63,567 nucleotides of DNA, filler included, from Chloroflexota bacterium (GCA_043754535.1; 6 parts of 6 records of this genome joined end to end with filler, not necessarily neighbours in it); one strand, 5' to 3'; positions 30,132 through 40,484 are shown, counted from the whole stretch's first letter. Numbers and translations: made by a program. Notes: a model not told the origin generated them from the sequence alone.

Positions 30132-31121
30132 ATGAGCGGCAAGGTGATGATTTCGCTGATCGGTGAGCAAACGGTGCCGAACGTGGTGCCACTGCTGCAC
30201 TATAGCAAGCTACATGGGGTTGAGCGTAGTATCCTTGTTCACTCTGGTAGCCTCACTGATCGCTGCGGCTGGATTGAGGGCGTAGTCAGGTCGAAGTCTC
30301 CCGCCAGTGAACAACAGCAGTTGCTGATAAGCGGCTATGACCTAGCGGCAGCTACCAAGCAGCTAAAGGCACTGGTTGAGGCTGGTATTAAGCAGCAAGG
30401 CTGGCAGATCAGCGATCTGGTCTTCAACTTCACTGGTGGCACCAAGATCATGGCTTTGGCTCTCTATGGTCTGGCTACGACTTTTGGCTGTGAAGCGGTC
30501 TACTACCAGACTGACGATCAGGATGATCCCGGACGCGGCCCGCGCATCCAGAGCTACATCACTTGCAACGGTGAACTACTCGCCAGCGACATCTCTCCCC
30601 TTGAAGTGCTTGACATCGAAAGCTACTTTGCGGCGCATGGTCTGACTGTTAGTGTGCCACAAACTGACCCTCGTGCTAAACTTGAGCAGAATATACGCAA
30701 CGCGAAAGACGCTGGTAGTAGGCGTGGCTACCAGTTCGAGGTGGCGGTCTATGATGCGTTGCTGCCAGTTGCCTCTGAGCTTATGCTGGGGGTGACGTTC
30801 CCGGGCTTCACTAGCGACATCGATCTGGTTGTGCGACTCGACAATCTGGTTGGGGTGGTACAACTCAAGTCTGGTGGTGAAGCGAACGGTCTTAAAGGTA
30901 TAGAGCAAACAACGTTGTTCAGCGGCGTGCCTTACGGCACTTACACCAAACGCCTGATTATTGATGATGGTGCAGCTAACGTACAAGATAAGCACGCTGA
31001 ACACATCAAGAAGCAGAACATCAAGCGGTGTCGCATTAGTCCCTATAATCCTGCAACTGGCATTAGCGATGTCGAGGGCTTGCGTGAGCAAGTAATTGCA
31101 GCACTGAGGGCATCCCGATGA
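30132..31121 (+). CDS. CARF + PD-(D/E)XK nuclease, Can2/Card1 (DUF1887)-like cOA effector
   Basis: ISLIGEQTVPNV, FNFTGGTKIMAL (CARF); GYQFE...DIDLVV...VQLKSG (restriction-like nuclease). Confidence 0.85.
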   Translation: MSGKVMISLIGEQTVPNVVPLLHYSKLHGVERSILVHSGSLTDRCGWIEGVVRSKSPASEQQQLLISGYDLAAATKQLKALVEAGIKQQGWQISDLVFNFTGGTKIMALALYGLATTFGCEAVYYQTDDQDDPGRGPRIQSYITCNGELLASDISPLEVLDIESYFAAHGLTVSVPQTDPRAKLEQNIRNAKDAGSRRGYQFEVAVYDALLPVASELMLGVTFPGFTSDIDLVVRLDNLVGVVQLKSGGEANGLKGIEQTTLFSGVPYGTYTKRLIIDDGAANVQDKHAEHIKKQNIKRCRISPYNPATGISDVEGLREQVIAALRASR

Positions 31122-31498
31122 TCATCCTTAACTTCTCCCATCCTCTGACCGAGGCCCAGCTAGCAAGTATCCGCCAGCTAACTGGTAGCGACGACCTGCG
31201 CGAAGTCCGTGTCCCCACCCAGCTAGACCAGCAGGCTGACTTTCTGCTCCAGATCGTCGCGCTGGCCGATGCTTGTGGGCTGGCCGCCACCGAGTGGCAA
31301 ACCGAGCCACTTGTCGTCAACCCGCCCGCGCTCAACTTTGTCGCAGTCGCACTGCTGGCCGAGTTGCACGGGCGCATGGGCTACTTCGCCACCTGCCTGC
31401 GCCTGCGCCCGGTTGCAGGCAGCACCCCGCCACAGTTCGAGGTCGTGGGGCTACTCAACTTGCAGGCTGTGCGCGATGAGGCAAGAACAAGGAGGTGA
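31118..31498 (+). CDS. csx15: CRISPR-associated Csx15 (probable ring nuclease)
   Basis: MIILNFSHPLT...WQT..LVVNPP.L...A..LLAELHGRMGYF signature. Confidence 0.88.
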   Translation: MIILNFSHPLTEAQLASIRQLTGSDDLREVRVPTQLDQQADFLLQIVALADACGLAATEWQTEPLVVNPPALNFVAVALLAELHGRMGYFATCLRLRPVAGSTPPQFEVVGLLNLQAVRDEARTRR

Positions 31499-31501
31499 GC
31501 G

Positions 31502-32272
31502 ATGAACAGACAGCGGCCTCGCGGTTTGGTGCGGATGCTAGGGGCAGACAGCGTGCTGGGGCTGATCGGCCTCATCCTCTTTGGTGTGCTGGTCAACGCC
31601 CTGTTCCAGCTTGCCACCGACTTCTCGTGGGGTGCAGCAGCGGTGGCGGTTGTCACCACGATTGGGCTGCTGCTGCTCGTCCCCCTCAACCAGCTACTCA
31701 ACCAGCGCAGCCGCCCGCCGCAACTGGGGCTGGCGGCAGAACGTGAGGTCGTTCCCACCGCCGGGCTGATCGTCATCGTCAGCATCCCCGGCAAAGGCCC
31801 GGATGGACAGGAGTTGCCACTAAACACGACTGCGGCAGGGGCGGCGATTGTCTTCCACAGCCAAATCCATGCTGCCGGGCAGCCACCGTTGCTACGCCGC
31901 TGCTGGCTGATCCACTCGGCCAAGACGCAGCCTTACGCCGAAGCCTTGCAGCAGCAGTACGCCACCGACTTCCCTTGCGTGCCGGTGCCAGTCGCGGACA
32001 TCGAGTCGGCCAAAGCGACGTTCGAGGCGGTCAACCGCTGCTATGGCGACGGCCTACTCAACGGTCTGCGGGCGGGCGACATCACCGCCGACTGCACCGG
32101 CGGCACCAAAGCAATGACGGTGGGTATGGCTCTGGCAGTGGCCGCCCAGCAGTCGCGCAGCCTTGAGTACATCCCCACCGCCTATGATGAGCGCGGCAAC
32201 CCTGACCGCCAGAAGCAGCTTGACCCCTTGCTGGTTAGCATCGAGTTCTTTCTAGGGGATGAGCAGCAGTAG
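31502..32272 (+). CDS. Transmembrane-CARF effector (Cam1/Cam2-like)
   Basis: Two N-terminal TM helices, then GLIVIVS, CWLIHS, ITADCTGGTKAMTVGMALA CARF motifs. Confidence 0.8.
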   Translation: MNRQRPRGLVRMLGADSVLGLIGLILFGVLVNALFQLATDFSWGAAAVAVVTTIGLLLLVPLNQLLNQRSRPPQLGLAAEREVVPTAGLIVIVSIPGKGPDGQELPLNTTAAGAAIVFHSQIHAAGQPPLLRRCWLIHSAKTQPYAEALQQQYATDFPCVPVPVADIESAKATFEAVNRCYGDGLLNGLRAGDITADCTGGTKAMTVGMALAVAAQQSRSLEYIPTAYDERGNPDRQKQLDPLLVSIEFFLGDEQQ

Positions 32273-32295
32273 CTAGCGAGTTGCGACCAGCTACG

Positions 32296-32690
32296 CTAAT
32301 GACCGAGTACCCTCACGCTGTTGGTGCGACTGTGCCAGATTAGCGTGTGCTGGCCGAAGTTCGCCAGCAGCTTCTGCGCCCGATCTGCTTCACCACCAGG
32401 TCGCTGTCGCCACGTACCTCGATCTGCCAAGCAGCCAGCGATTGGCCTGCCGCTTCGATGCGGCGAGTGACATCCTCCAGCCCGGCAATCAGCGACTTGT
32501 ACTCGGCTTCGTTGTTGGTGCCGTAGCCAAAGTCCAATCGGCTGACAACCTCAAGCGGCTCAGTGAGCCAGGCACCGTTCGCATCCGGCACGAATAGGGC
32601 GTAGCTGCCATAGGAAGCACCGGGATTGGGTTCGGCCCCGCCGTCGAACCAGATCATGACTCGCTTATATAGATTGATGATGTTCGCCAT
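32296..32690 (-). pseudogene. RNase HI-family gene with internal deletion/frameshift
   Basis: WFDGG..PNPG, TNNEAEY, IEVRGDSDLVVKQI; C-terminus AQKLLANFGQHTLIWHSRTNSVRVLGH* lies in another frame. Confidence 0.75.
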
Positions 32691-33033
32691 TTTGCCCTCT
32701 TGTGAAGTTCAGCAAGCAGCCACTATTGGTTCGCCGGGTGAGATCACTCTAAACAAAGTTAGCTTTACCATCTTTGTAAAACATCCTGTGAATTGTTAGC
32801 CATCCACTCAGCCATCGCTCCAAAGACCCAGCCTCTGGCACGGCACTCAGCAACTCCGACGCTAAGCTACGCTGGAGTGGAGCCGTGCCACTTCAGCCAG
32901 CAGCCTACAGCCGCAAAGTTGCCTACCACAACCAGCCGCTGAGGGTGCAACTGTGCCACGCTCATTAGCTGGCTACATGGCTGCACTACTCAGGCGGCTG
33001 CTGGCTGCTAGCTTCCCATCCTGGTCTACTGCC

Positions 33034-33418
33034 TCACCCCTCTGCGCTCAGCTTGCGCTTCAGGTCGTTGCAGTGGCTGTGGGCTAGCAACCCCTCATGT
33101 TGCAGCCTGCCCACCACAATGCCCGCTGCCACCCCTACTTCATGCGCGAAGGCTTCGATTGCCGCTTTGCTCTGGTACTTGCCTGCTTGCACAAACTTCG
33201 TCCATAGTGAAGCTGCGACTAGTGTGTCAGCAGCAAAGCGGTTGGCTGCCACCTCTTTGCTCGTGTCCGCTACATCCCCTTCCAGAAACACCGCTTGTTT
33301 GCCGTGCAGCACGATGTGACCTGCTTCGTGGTAGAACGTGAACCACAGCTGGTCTTCCGTCTTGTAGCGGTAGCTTAGTTGGATCATTGCCTTGCGCGGA
33401 CTGAGCCAGCGGGTGGCA
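33034..33418 (-). pseudogene. C-terminal fragment of HigA-like/ImmA-IrrE zinc peptidase antitoxin
   Basis: ATRWLSPRKAMIQLSYRYKTEDQLWFTFYHEAGHIVLH (HExxH), EVAANRFA, GIVVGRLQHEG; N-terminal HTH absent. Confidence 0.75.
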
Positions 33419-34223
33419 GGGGCAGCATGATTGACCTGTTTGGGCGCAATTATCTAGCCTGTGTGCTATGCGGCGGTCGAGCTTTAGCGGCCAGGTGCTA
33501 GCGGCAGAGCTTCCCACTGGTGCTAGTGGTGACACGCGGCCCGGAGAAGCGGCTGGCTAATTTAACTGAGGCGGTAGAGGACAGGCTGACCGTCAATGAG
33601 CTGATACTGTTGAAGGGCAGAGTGTGGAGTGTGCCACTGCTGCGCGAACGCTTCGCCTCGTGAGAGCAACCAACCACTGGGTGGTGCCAATCTCACGCCC
33701 CCTGTGAGTGTATGATGCTCAAGATATACACCACAAGACAGTGGGAAGCTGCTGAAGCTGGTTCAAGCAGGGGTTGAGGTTAAGCTGTGGCGACGGTAAG
33801 CGGCTTAGCTAGCCGGCGCGATCAAGTGATTTGGTTGCAGCCACCCTTTTCACCAAATCAGGGCAGCACGCGGCAGCCAGATGAGTGCTGAGCAGCATAT
33901 ACTTGCAGAGCGCGCCAGTACTGACAGGGGTACTGCTGAACATGCTGGATGGCTATCTGGAACTGCTGGAAGCAGCGAAGTAGGCACAGGCAGCAAGAGG
34001 GTGCAAAACAGCCCGCTCACCAGCGAACATGATGATCAGCAACGAACTGCAATATCATCAGATAGTACAAGAAGTATGAACAACCATCTACATGACCAAC
34101 GTAAGAAGCGGCATAACTCGTCGCCAGTTTCAACTATCTCTCTCAAGCCCAGTAAGAACCCTGCTTCTTACTGGGCTTCTGTCATATGCCCCAATGACTG
34201 TAGCTGTAATTCGGCGAAAACTC

Positions 34224-34323
34224 NNNNNNNNNNNNNNNNNNNNNNNNNNNNNNNNNNNNNNNNNNNNTTAATTAATTAANNNNNNNNNNNNNNNNNNNNN
34301 NNNNNNNNNNNNNNNNNNNNNNN
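34224..34323. other. Artificial contig linker
   Basis: N-TTAATTAATTAA-N. Confidence 0.97.
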
Positions 34324-34431
34324 CAACAATCCCGCACCCTAGCCGAGCTACGCGACACCTTGCTGCCCAAGCTGATCTCCGGCGCAGTACGGGTGCGTGA
34401 GGCCGAGCGGCTGGTGGCTGAGGCAGTATAG
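34324..34431 (+). CDS. hsdS: Type I RM specificity subunit, C-terminal end (partial)
   Basis: Translates [24 protein letters not shown]...; directly upstream of hsdR. Confidence 0.88.
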   Translation, partial: QQSRTLAELRDTLLPKLISGAVRVREAERLVAEAV

Positions 34432-34443
34432 AGGAGTGGTGAC

Positions 34444-37400
34444 ATGAGCGCATTTCTGAGCGAGGACGACATCGAGCAGCTAACTATGGGCTACTTCGCC
34501 GGGCTGGGCTACACTGCCATGCACGCCCGTGAACTTGGCCCTGACCGCGACGACGGCAAGGATGAGCGGATCAGCTACGCAGACGTGCTGCTGCTGGGTC
34601 GCCTGCGGGCCGCCATTGCTCGCCTCAACCCCGACCTCCCCGCCGAGGTGCAGGAGGATGCGATACGTAAGCTGACCAACCTTGACAGCCGCCAACTGGT
34701 TGCCAGCAACCGCACCTTCCACCAATGGCTGGTCGAAGGTGTCCCTGCCAAATACACCGTCGGCGGTCAGCAACGCGGGGTGAAGGTGCAACTGCTCGAC
34801 TACGCCAACCCCGCCGCCAACGACCTCCTCGCCGTCAACCAACTAACCGTAATCGAAAGCGGCCACGAGCGCAGGCCCGACATCGTAGTGTTCGTCAACG
34901 GCTTGCCGCTGGCCGTCATCGAACTGAAAAGCCCCAGCGACGAGCGGGCTGACCTACGGGCCGCCTACAACCAGTTGCAGACCTACAAGAAGGAGATACC
35001 TTCGCTCATGGTCTACAACGAACTGCCGATCATCAGTGACGGCCCGCACGCCGCCGCTGGCAGCCTGACCACCAACCGCGAACGCTTCCTACCTTGGCGC
35101 ACGATTGATGGCAGCGAACTGGCCCCGCTTGCCCAGATGGAGATCGCGGTGCTGGTCAAGGGCATCTTCGCCCCCTCCCGCCTACTCGACCTGATCCGCT
35201 ACTTCGTCACCTTCGCCGACGACGGCAGCAAGCTCGACAAGAAGATCGCCGCCTACCACCAGTACCACGCCGTCAACAAGGCAGTGGCCGCCACCGTGCA
35301 GGCCGTGCGTGGCAACCGCAAGATCGGCGTAGTTTGGCACACGCAGGGGTCGGGCAAGAGCCTCTCGATGCTGTACTACGCCGGGAAGCTGCGCCAGCAC
35401 CCGGAACTAGCCAACCCGACTTTGGTTGTGATCACCGACCGCAACGACCTTGACGACCAGCTATTCGACACCTTCGCCGCTGGAGCCGACGTGCTGCGCG
35501 GCGACCCGGTACAGGCTGACAGCCGCGCCGACCTCCGCGCCAAGCTGAACGTAGATGTCGGTGGTGTGATCTTTACCACGATCCAGAAGTTCGCGCCAGA
35601 GAAGGGCGAGAGCCAGCCGCAGCTATCCGCCCGCCAGAACGTGATCGTCATCGCCGACGAAGCTCACCGCAGCCAGTACGACTTCCTCGGCGGCTTCGCC
35701 AGCAACCTGCGCGACGCACTGCCTCATGCCTCGTTTATCGGCTTCAGCGGCACCCCGGTTGAGACCGCTGACCGCAGCACCCGCTCGGTGTTCGGCGACT
35801 ATATAGACACCTACGACATCCAGCAGGCGGTCGAAGATCAGGCGACCGTGCCGATCTACTACGAGGGCCGCTGGGTGCAGCTTGAGCTTGACGAGGCCGA
35901 ACGCCCCCACGTTGATCCCGACTTTGAGGAAGCGACCGAGGGTGAGGAGCAAGGCAGCAAGGAACAGCTAAAACAGAAGTGGTCACGTCTGGAAGCACTG
36001 GTTGGTAGCGATAGACGCATCGAGCAGGTAGCCAGCGACATCGTGACCCACTTTGCCGAGCGCACCGCAGCACTGGTCGGTAAGGGGATGATCGTCTGCA
36101 TGAGCCGCGCCCTCTGCGTCAAGCTGTACGATGAGATCATCAAGCTGCACCCGGAGTGGCACAGCAGCGACGACAATGCGGGCGCGATCAAGGTGGTAAT
36201 CAGCGGCTCGGCAGCCGACGACGCAGAGTTGCAGCCGCACATCCGCAGCAAGCGACAACGCGATGCGGTGGCCCGCCACTTCAAAGACCCTGACGACTCG
36301 CTAAAGCTAGTGATCGTGCGTGATATGTGGCTCACCGGCTTCGACGTGCCACCGCTGCACACGATGTACTTGGACAAGCCGATGCGCGGCCACAACCTGA
36401 TGCAAGCTATTGCCCGCGTCAACCGCGTCTTCCGCGACAAGCCGGGTGGCCTGATCGTGGACTATCTAGGCATCGCCGACTTCCTGCGCCAAGCCCTCAG
36501 CGTTTACAGCCAGCAAGACCGCAACCAAGTTGGCATGGATCAGGAGCAGGCCCGCGTCAAGTTTATCGAGGAGTACGAGATCGTGCAAGCGATGTTCTAC
36601 GGCTTCGACTACCTCGGCCCGTTGCACGGCAGCGTTGAGCAAAAGACGGAGCTACTGCTACAAGCTATGGAACACATCCTCAACCTGACCGATGGCAAGA
36701 ACCGCTTTCTGGATGCGGTCTTGCGCCTCGCCAAAGCCTTCGTCTTGAGCGTGCCGCACCCTGACGTGCTGAAGCTGCGCGACGAGGTGGCGTTCTTCCA
36801 AACCGTCCGCGCCCAGTTCCTCAAGAGTACGCCGGTCGAGGGCCGCGACAGTGGCGACATGGATGCTGCAATCCAACAGATCGTCAGCCGCGCCATTGCC
36901 CCGGCAGGCGTGAGCGACATCTTCACCGCTGCTGGTCTATCCCGCCCCGACGTGTCGGTACTCTCCGAGGAGTTCCTGGCCGACGTAGCCAACCTACCGC
37001 AACGCAACCTCGCGCTGGAAGCGTTGGCAAAGCTGCTAGCTGACCAGATCAAGTCACGCGCACGCACCAACGTAGTTCAGGCCCGCTCGTTCGCCGACCT
37101 CTTGCGTCGCACGGTAGCTGAGTACCAGAACCGCAGCCGCACCGCAGCCGAGGTGATCAGCGAACTAATCAAGCTGGCCCGCGACATACGAGAGGAGCAG
37201 CAGCGCGGCGTGAAGATGCAGATGAGCGAGGCAGAGGTTGCCTTCTACGACGCGCTAACCGACAAAGAGAGTGCCTACGAGGTGTTGAGCGACAGCGACT
37301 TGCAGGATATCGCCCGCGAGTTGGTAGTGGTGGTCAAACGCAACGCCAGCGTAGACTGGACGCTGAAGCAGAACGTGCGGGCGCGGTTGCGGGTCGCGGT

Positions 37401-37506
37401 CAAGCGGGTACTGCGTGAGCGTGGCTACCCACCCGACAAGCAACGTGCTGCCGCCACGCTGATCCTCAAGCAAGCCGAGGCGGTCGGGCGTGGCTGGGCA
37501 GCGTAG
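34444..37506 (+). CDS. hsdR: Type I restriction endonuclease subunit R
   Basis: [51 protein letters not shown]. Confidence 0.97.
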   Translation: MSAFLSEDDIEQLTMGYFAGLGYTAMHARELGPDRDDGKDERISYADVLLLGRLRAAIARLNPDLPAEVQEDAIRKLTNLDSRQLVASNRTFHQWLVEGVPAKYTVGGQQRGVKVQLLDYANPAANDLLAVNQLTVIESGHERRPDIVVFVNGLPLAVIELKSPSDERADLRAAYNQLQTYKKEIPSLMVYNELPIISDGPHAAAGSLTTNRERFLPWRTIDGSELAPLAQMEIAVLVKGIFAPSRLLDLIRYFVTFADDGSKLDKKIAAYHQYHAVNKAVAATVQAVRGNRKIGVVWHTQGSGKSLSMLYYAGKLRQHPELANPTLVVITDRNDLDDQLFDTFAAGADVLRGDPVQADSRADLRAKLNVDVGGVIFTTIQKFAPEKGESQPQLSARQNVIVIADEAHRSQYDFLGGFASNLRDALPHASFIGFSGTPVETADRSTRSVFGDYIDTYDIQQAVEDQATVPIYYEGRWVQLELDEAERPHVDPDFEEATEGEEQGSKEQLKQKWSRLEALVGSDRRIEQVASDIVTHFAERTAALVGKGMIVCMSRALCVKLYDEIIKLHPEWHSSDDNAGAIKVVISGSAADDAELQPHIRSKRQRDAVARHFKDPDDSLKLVIVRDMWLTGFDVPPLHTMYLDKPMRGHNLMQAIARVNRVFRDKPGGLIVDYLGIADFLRQALSVYSQQDRNQVGMDQEQARVKFIEEYEIVQAMFYGFDYLGPLHGSVEQKTELLLQAMEHILNLTDGKNRFLDAVLRLAKAFVLSVPHPDVLKLRDEVAFFQTVRAQFLKSTPVEGRDSGDMDAAIQQIVSRAIAPAGVSDIFTAAGLSRPDVSVLSEEFLADVANLPQRNLALEALAKLLADQIKSRARTNVVQARSFADLLRRTVAEYQNRSRTAAEVISELIKLARDIREEQQRGVKMQMSEAEVAFYDALTDKESAYEVLSDSDLQDIARELVVVVKRNASVDWTLKQNVRARLRVAVKRVLRERGYPPDKQRAAATLILKQAEAVGRGWAA

Positions 37507-37550
37507 GAGCAGGTCAGTGAGTGACTTGTTGCCCCGCTCGCTAACTAACA

Positions 37551-38654
37551 TCAAGCAGCGTTGTACAAAGCCTTCAGTGCGGAAGCAAACTCATCGCCTT
37601 GCAAGTCGCGGTTGATGCTATACAGGTAGGGATCAGCACCTATGTTGCTAGCCTCCTGCCTCAGCTTGCCGGTTAGGTCACGCCGCTGCACAAACTTGTT
37701 ACCCAGCACCAACTGCAAGCGCGACCAATCGTTGTAGAAGTATTCTTGCAGCAACGGGATTACCTTGTTGTACCAAATGCTATGCAACTGGGCCAAGCTG
37801 CCTATTCCAATAAAGTAGCTGTGACCAATCAAGTGGTCAGCATCCACCAACACCTCAACTCGCTCGTTCAGGCTGGTTAGCAGGGCTTGCAGGTCAACCT
37901 CAGCAACCAGCGGGGGCTTGATTGCCGTCGGGTCGGGTGGCAGGGGCAGGAAGTTGAAGCGACGACGCAGGGCTATGTCTAGTAGCGCAATCGAACGGTC
38001 GGCGGTGTTCATCGTACCGACGATCCAGAGGTTGGGCGGCACACCAAACGACTCGCCAGAGTAGGGCAGCGTGGCCCGCAACTCGGTTGATCGCCCGCTG
38101 GCATCCTGCTGACCCAGCCGCTTGTCATCTTCAATCAGGGTGATCAGTTCACCAAAGACTTTGGCAATGTTGGCCCGGTTGATCTCGTCAATGATCAGCA
38201 GATGTTGGTCATCAGGGTGCAAAGCTGCTCTGGCGCAGATACGCTTGAACACGCCGGGCTTAACGTTGTAGCTAAGTTGCCCATCCCGTGCTTCCGGCTT
38301 CAAGCCTTCCACAAAATCTTCGTAGGCGAACGACTGGTGGAAGGTGACAAACGCGCTACAGTTGGCAGGTTGGTTGCTGGCTGCTTCTAGCGCGGCCTCC
38401 TGCTCCTCATCCAGCGGCAGAGTAAGTTCGTTGCCAGCATCGCGGCAGAGTTGTACTAGAGCAGCGGCCTGATCATCACTAAGCTGGCGCAATGTGGCCT
38501 GCACATCGTTGGGCCGCAGCGACAACCGCTCTCGGAGCTGCGACCAAGTTACAGGATGAGCCAACTCACCGCTCAACCTAATGGTTATACCCTTCTCCTC
38601 AGTGCTACTCTCCTCGACCTCACCCACCCCGAAGGGCAGGTGCAACCTGATCAA
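37551..38654 (-). pseudogene. mcrB: N-terminally truncated McrB-like AAA+ GTPase (Walker A missing), 5' end inside CRISPR array 2 trailer
   Basis: FVTFHQSFAYEDFVEG, IIDEINRAN..KVFGEL, GTMNTADRS, ALRRRF, PLLQEYFY; no GxPGxGKT; no mcrC downstream. Confidence 0.82.
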
Positions 38655-39422
38655 GAGCGACCTTACCCGCTCCGCTATGCTGTTTCAATCCCCACCCACC
38701 CCGAAGGGCAGGTGCAACTTGATCACAGCAGCACCCTCCCCACCAACGAACCGTTTCAATCCCCACCCACCCCGAAGGGCAGGTGCAACAGCAGCAATGG
38801 AGGATTATGATTAGTTCTGTACTAGTTTCAATCCCCACCCACCCCGAAGGGCAGGTGCAACGGTGGCAATGGCTGGCGGGTCTGGGATGGTAGGAGGTGG
38901 TTTCAATCCCCACCCACCCCGAAGGGCAGGTGCAACGGGCCGCAGACTTGATGTGCGTGCATCTTCTAGCTGTTTCACAATCCCCACCCACCCCGAAGGG
39001 CAGGTGCAACAGCCAACTGGTGGCCGCTGAAGTTGAGGCCTACCTGTTTCAATCCCCACCCACCCCGAAGGGCAGGTGCAACCTGGTAGCACGCGCTAAG
39101 GAGGTAGGTAAGTAATGTTTCAATCCCCACCCACCCCGAAGGGCAGGTGCAACTCGCCCTGCAAAAGGCTAGCCAGCAGTTTGACGTTGTTTCAATCCCC
39201 ACCCACCCCGAAGGGCAGGTGCAACGAGCAGCAGCTAGACGCGCTGCTCTATAGCATGGTTTCAATCCCCACCCACCCCGAAGGGCAGGTGCAACATGAG
39301 GCTTGCCGAGTTGCGTGCAGCCTGATCGAGGTTTCAATCCCCACCCACCCCGAAGGGCAGGTGCAACCAGGTTGACGCTCTCGTAATGCATCCTCGCACG
39401 CTGTTTCAATCCCCACCCACCC
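38618..39422 (-). CRISPR. CRISPR array 2: 10 full repeats + degenerate trailer repeat + truncated repeat, 11 spacers; repeat GTTGCACCTGCCCTTCGGGGTGGGTGGGGATTGAAAC
   Basis: 37-bp repeats with unique spacers; 2-nt insertion variant at 38972; repeat at 39403 truncated after 20 nt. Confidence 0.97.
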
Positions 39423-39535
39423 GCGAGCGCGAACGTGAGCGCGAACTGATGACCCTTGATGATAAAACCCGCCGCATACCTGCCCCTTCAGGGGTGGGCC
39501 TCTGCGGGCAAGGTAGGCCAAAGGTTGGGGTAGGC

Positions 39536-39564
39536 TTGACATAGGTGTACCAGTATGGTATACT
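39536..39564 (+). promoter_or_regulatory. tnpA promoter (probably leaderless transcript)
   Basis: TTGACA-N17-TATACT, 6 nt before ATG, no RBS. Confidence 0.7.
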
Positions 39565-39570
39565 GTACCC

Positions 39571-39668
39571 ATGCAAGCACGAAAGACAAAGCACGTTACC
39601 TATAAGTTGGGCTATCACTTCGTATGGTGTCCTAAGTACCGCAAGGCGGTGCTGACCGGCGAGGTGCA
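39571..39668 (+). CDS. tnpA: IS200/IS605 Y1 transposase (partial)
   Basis: MQARKTKHVTYKLGYHFVWCPKYRKAVLTGEV. Confidence 0.92.
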
Positions 39669-39768
39669 NNNNNNNNNNNNNNNNNNNNNNNNNNNNNNNN
39701 NNNNNNNNNNNNTTAATTAATTAANNNNNNNNNNNNNNNNNNNNNNNNNNNNNNNNNNNNNNNNNNNN
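39669..39768. other. Artificial contig linker
   Basis: N-TTAATTAATTAA-N. Confidence 0.97.
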
Positions 39769-39897
39769 CTTGCCGGTCTCGCTGAAGGTCTTGCCGCCGG
39801 TTTGGGCAAAGGTGTTCTGGGGAACAATCGCCAGGCAGAAGGCGAAAGCCACGAACAGGAACAGCCCGCTACGGCCAAACTTGAGGGTGCTAGACAT
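39769..39897 (-). CDS. N-terminus of secreted FPETG-repeat protein (partial)
   Basis: RBS GAGGAG; signal peptide then KTFSETGK. Confidence 0.7.
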
Positions 39898-40484
39898 CTT
39901 GAAATCTCCTCTCAAGAACCAGTTGAACTGGATATGCTGGGGTGTGAGTTACCACCCCGCCGCTAATACGTTAGTGTGGCGACAGCCGACCGATGGTAGC
40001 GGTCGGCTGTCGAGGCTACCCTACATGACTGCCGCCATGCAGGACAGAGAAGGTTGAAGGAGGACAGGAACTTGGAACCATTCATAGAGCGAAGCCGTCT
40101 ACCACGCCTTGTGTGCTGCTCTTGCTAGCTGCCAGCCCTTGCGCGAGGGCTGCATTTTCGCACCACCAGTGCATAAAACACAGCATGGCTGACCGGAAGG
40201 ATACAACTTGCAAACAAGCAACTTGTTCCATAGGCTTTGCGCAGGAAAAGCAAATAAGGGTACTGGCGATTCTGCTACTAAGGTGTTAGCTCAGCAGCAG
40301 TGACGTTTGCTCTACATAATCTATACAAGTGCTTGCGGAGAAGGGTTCAGTCAATTGGCAGCTTTGGCCGAAATCACACTGACCCAGCGGCTCTGCCTCC
40401 GGTAGCTGGCGAGCAGAGGCAGGCAGATCACAATGGCTCTCTACCAGGCAGTAGAGGCCGGTTTGTCGCACAGTAGTGCAACCG

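Larger units (their letters stand above)
39461..39668 (+). mobile_element. IS200/IS605-family element, left end (ISDra2-like), truncated by contig end
   Basis: TTGAT at 39456-39460 followed by a subterminal hairpin CCTGCCCC-TTCA-GGGGTGGG and a tnpA start. Confidence 0.8.

Noticed and set aside
33881..34223. 132-aa ORF at contig end
   Set aside because: No recognisable motifs or RBS; it overlaps a strong hairpin
34224..34323. Physical linkage of the cmr locus with hsdR/mcrB/array 2 as one defence island
   Set aside because: Separated by an artificial linker; adjacency is unsupported
38556..39572. ORFs over array 2
   Set aside because: Translations of CRISPR repeats
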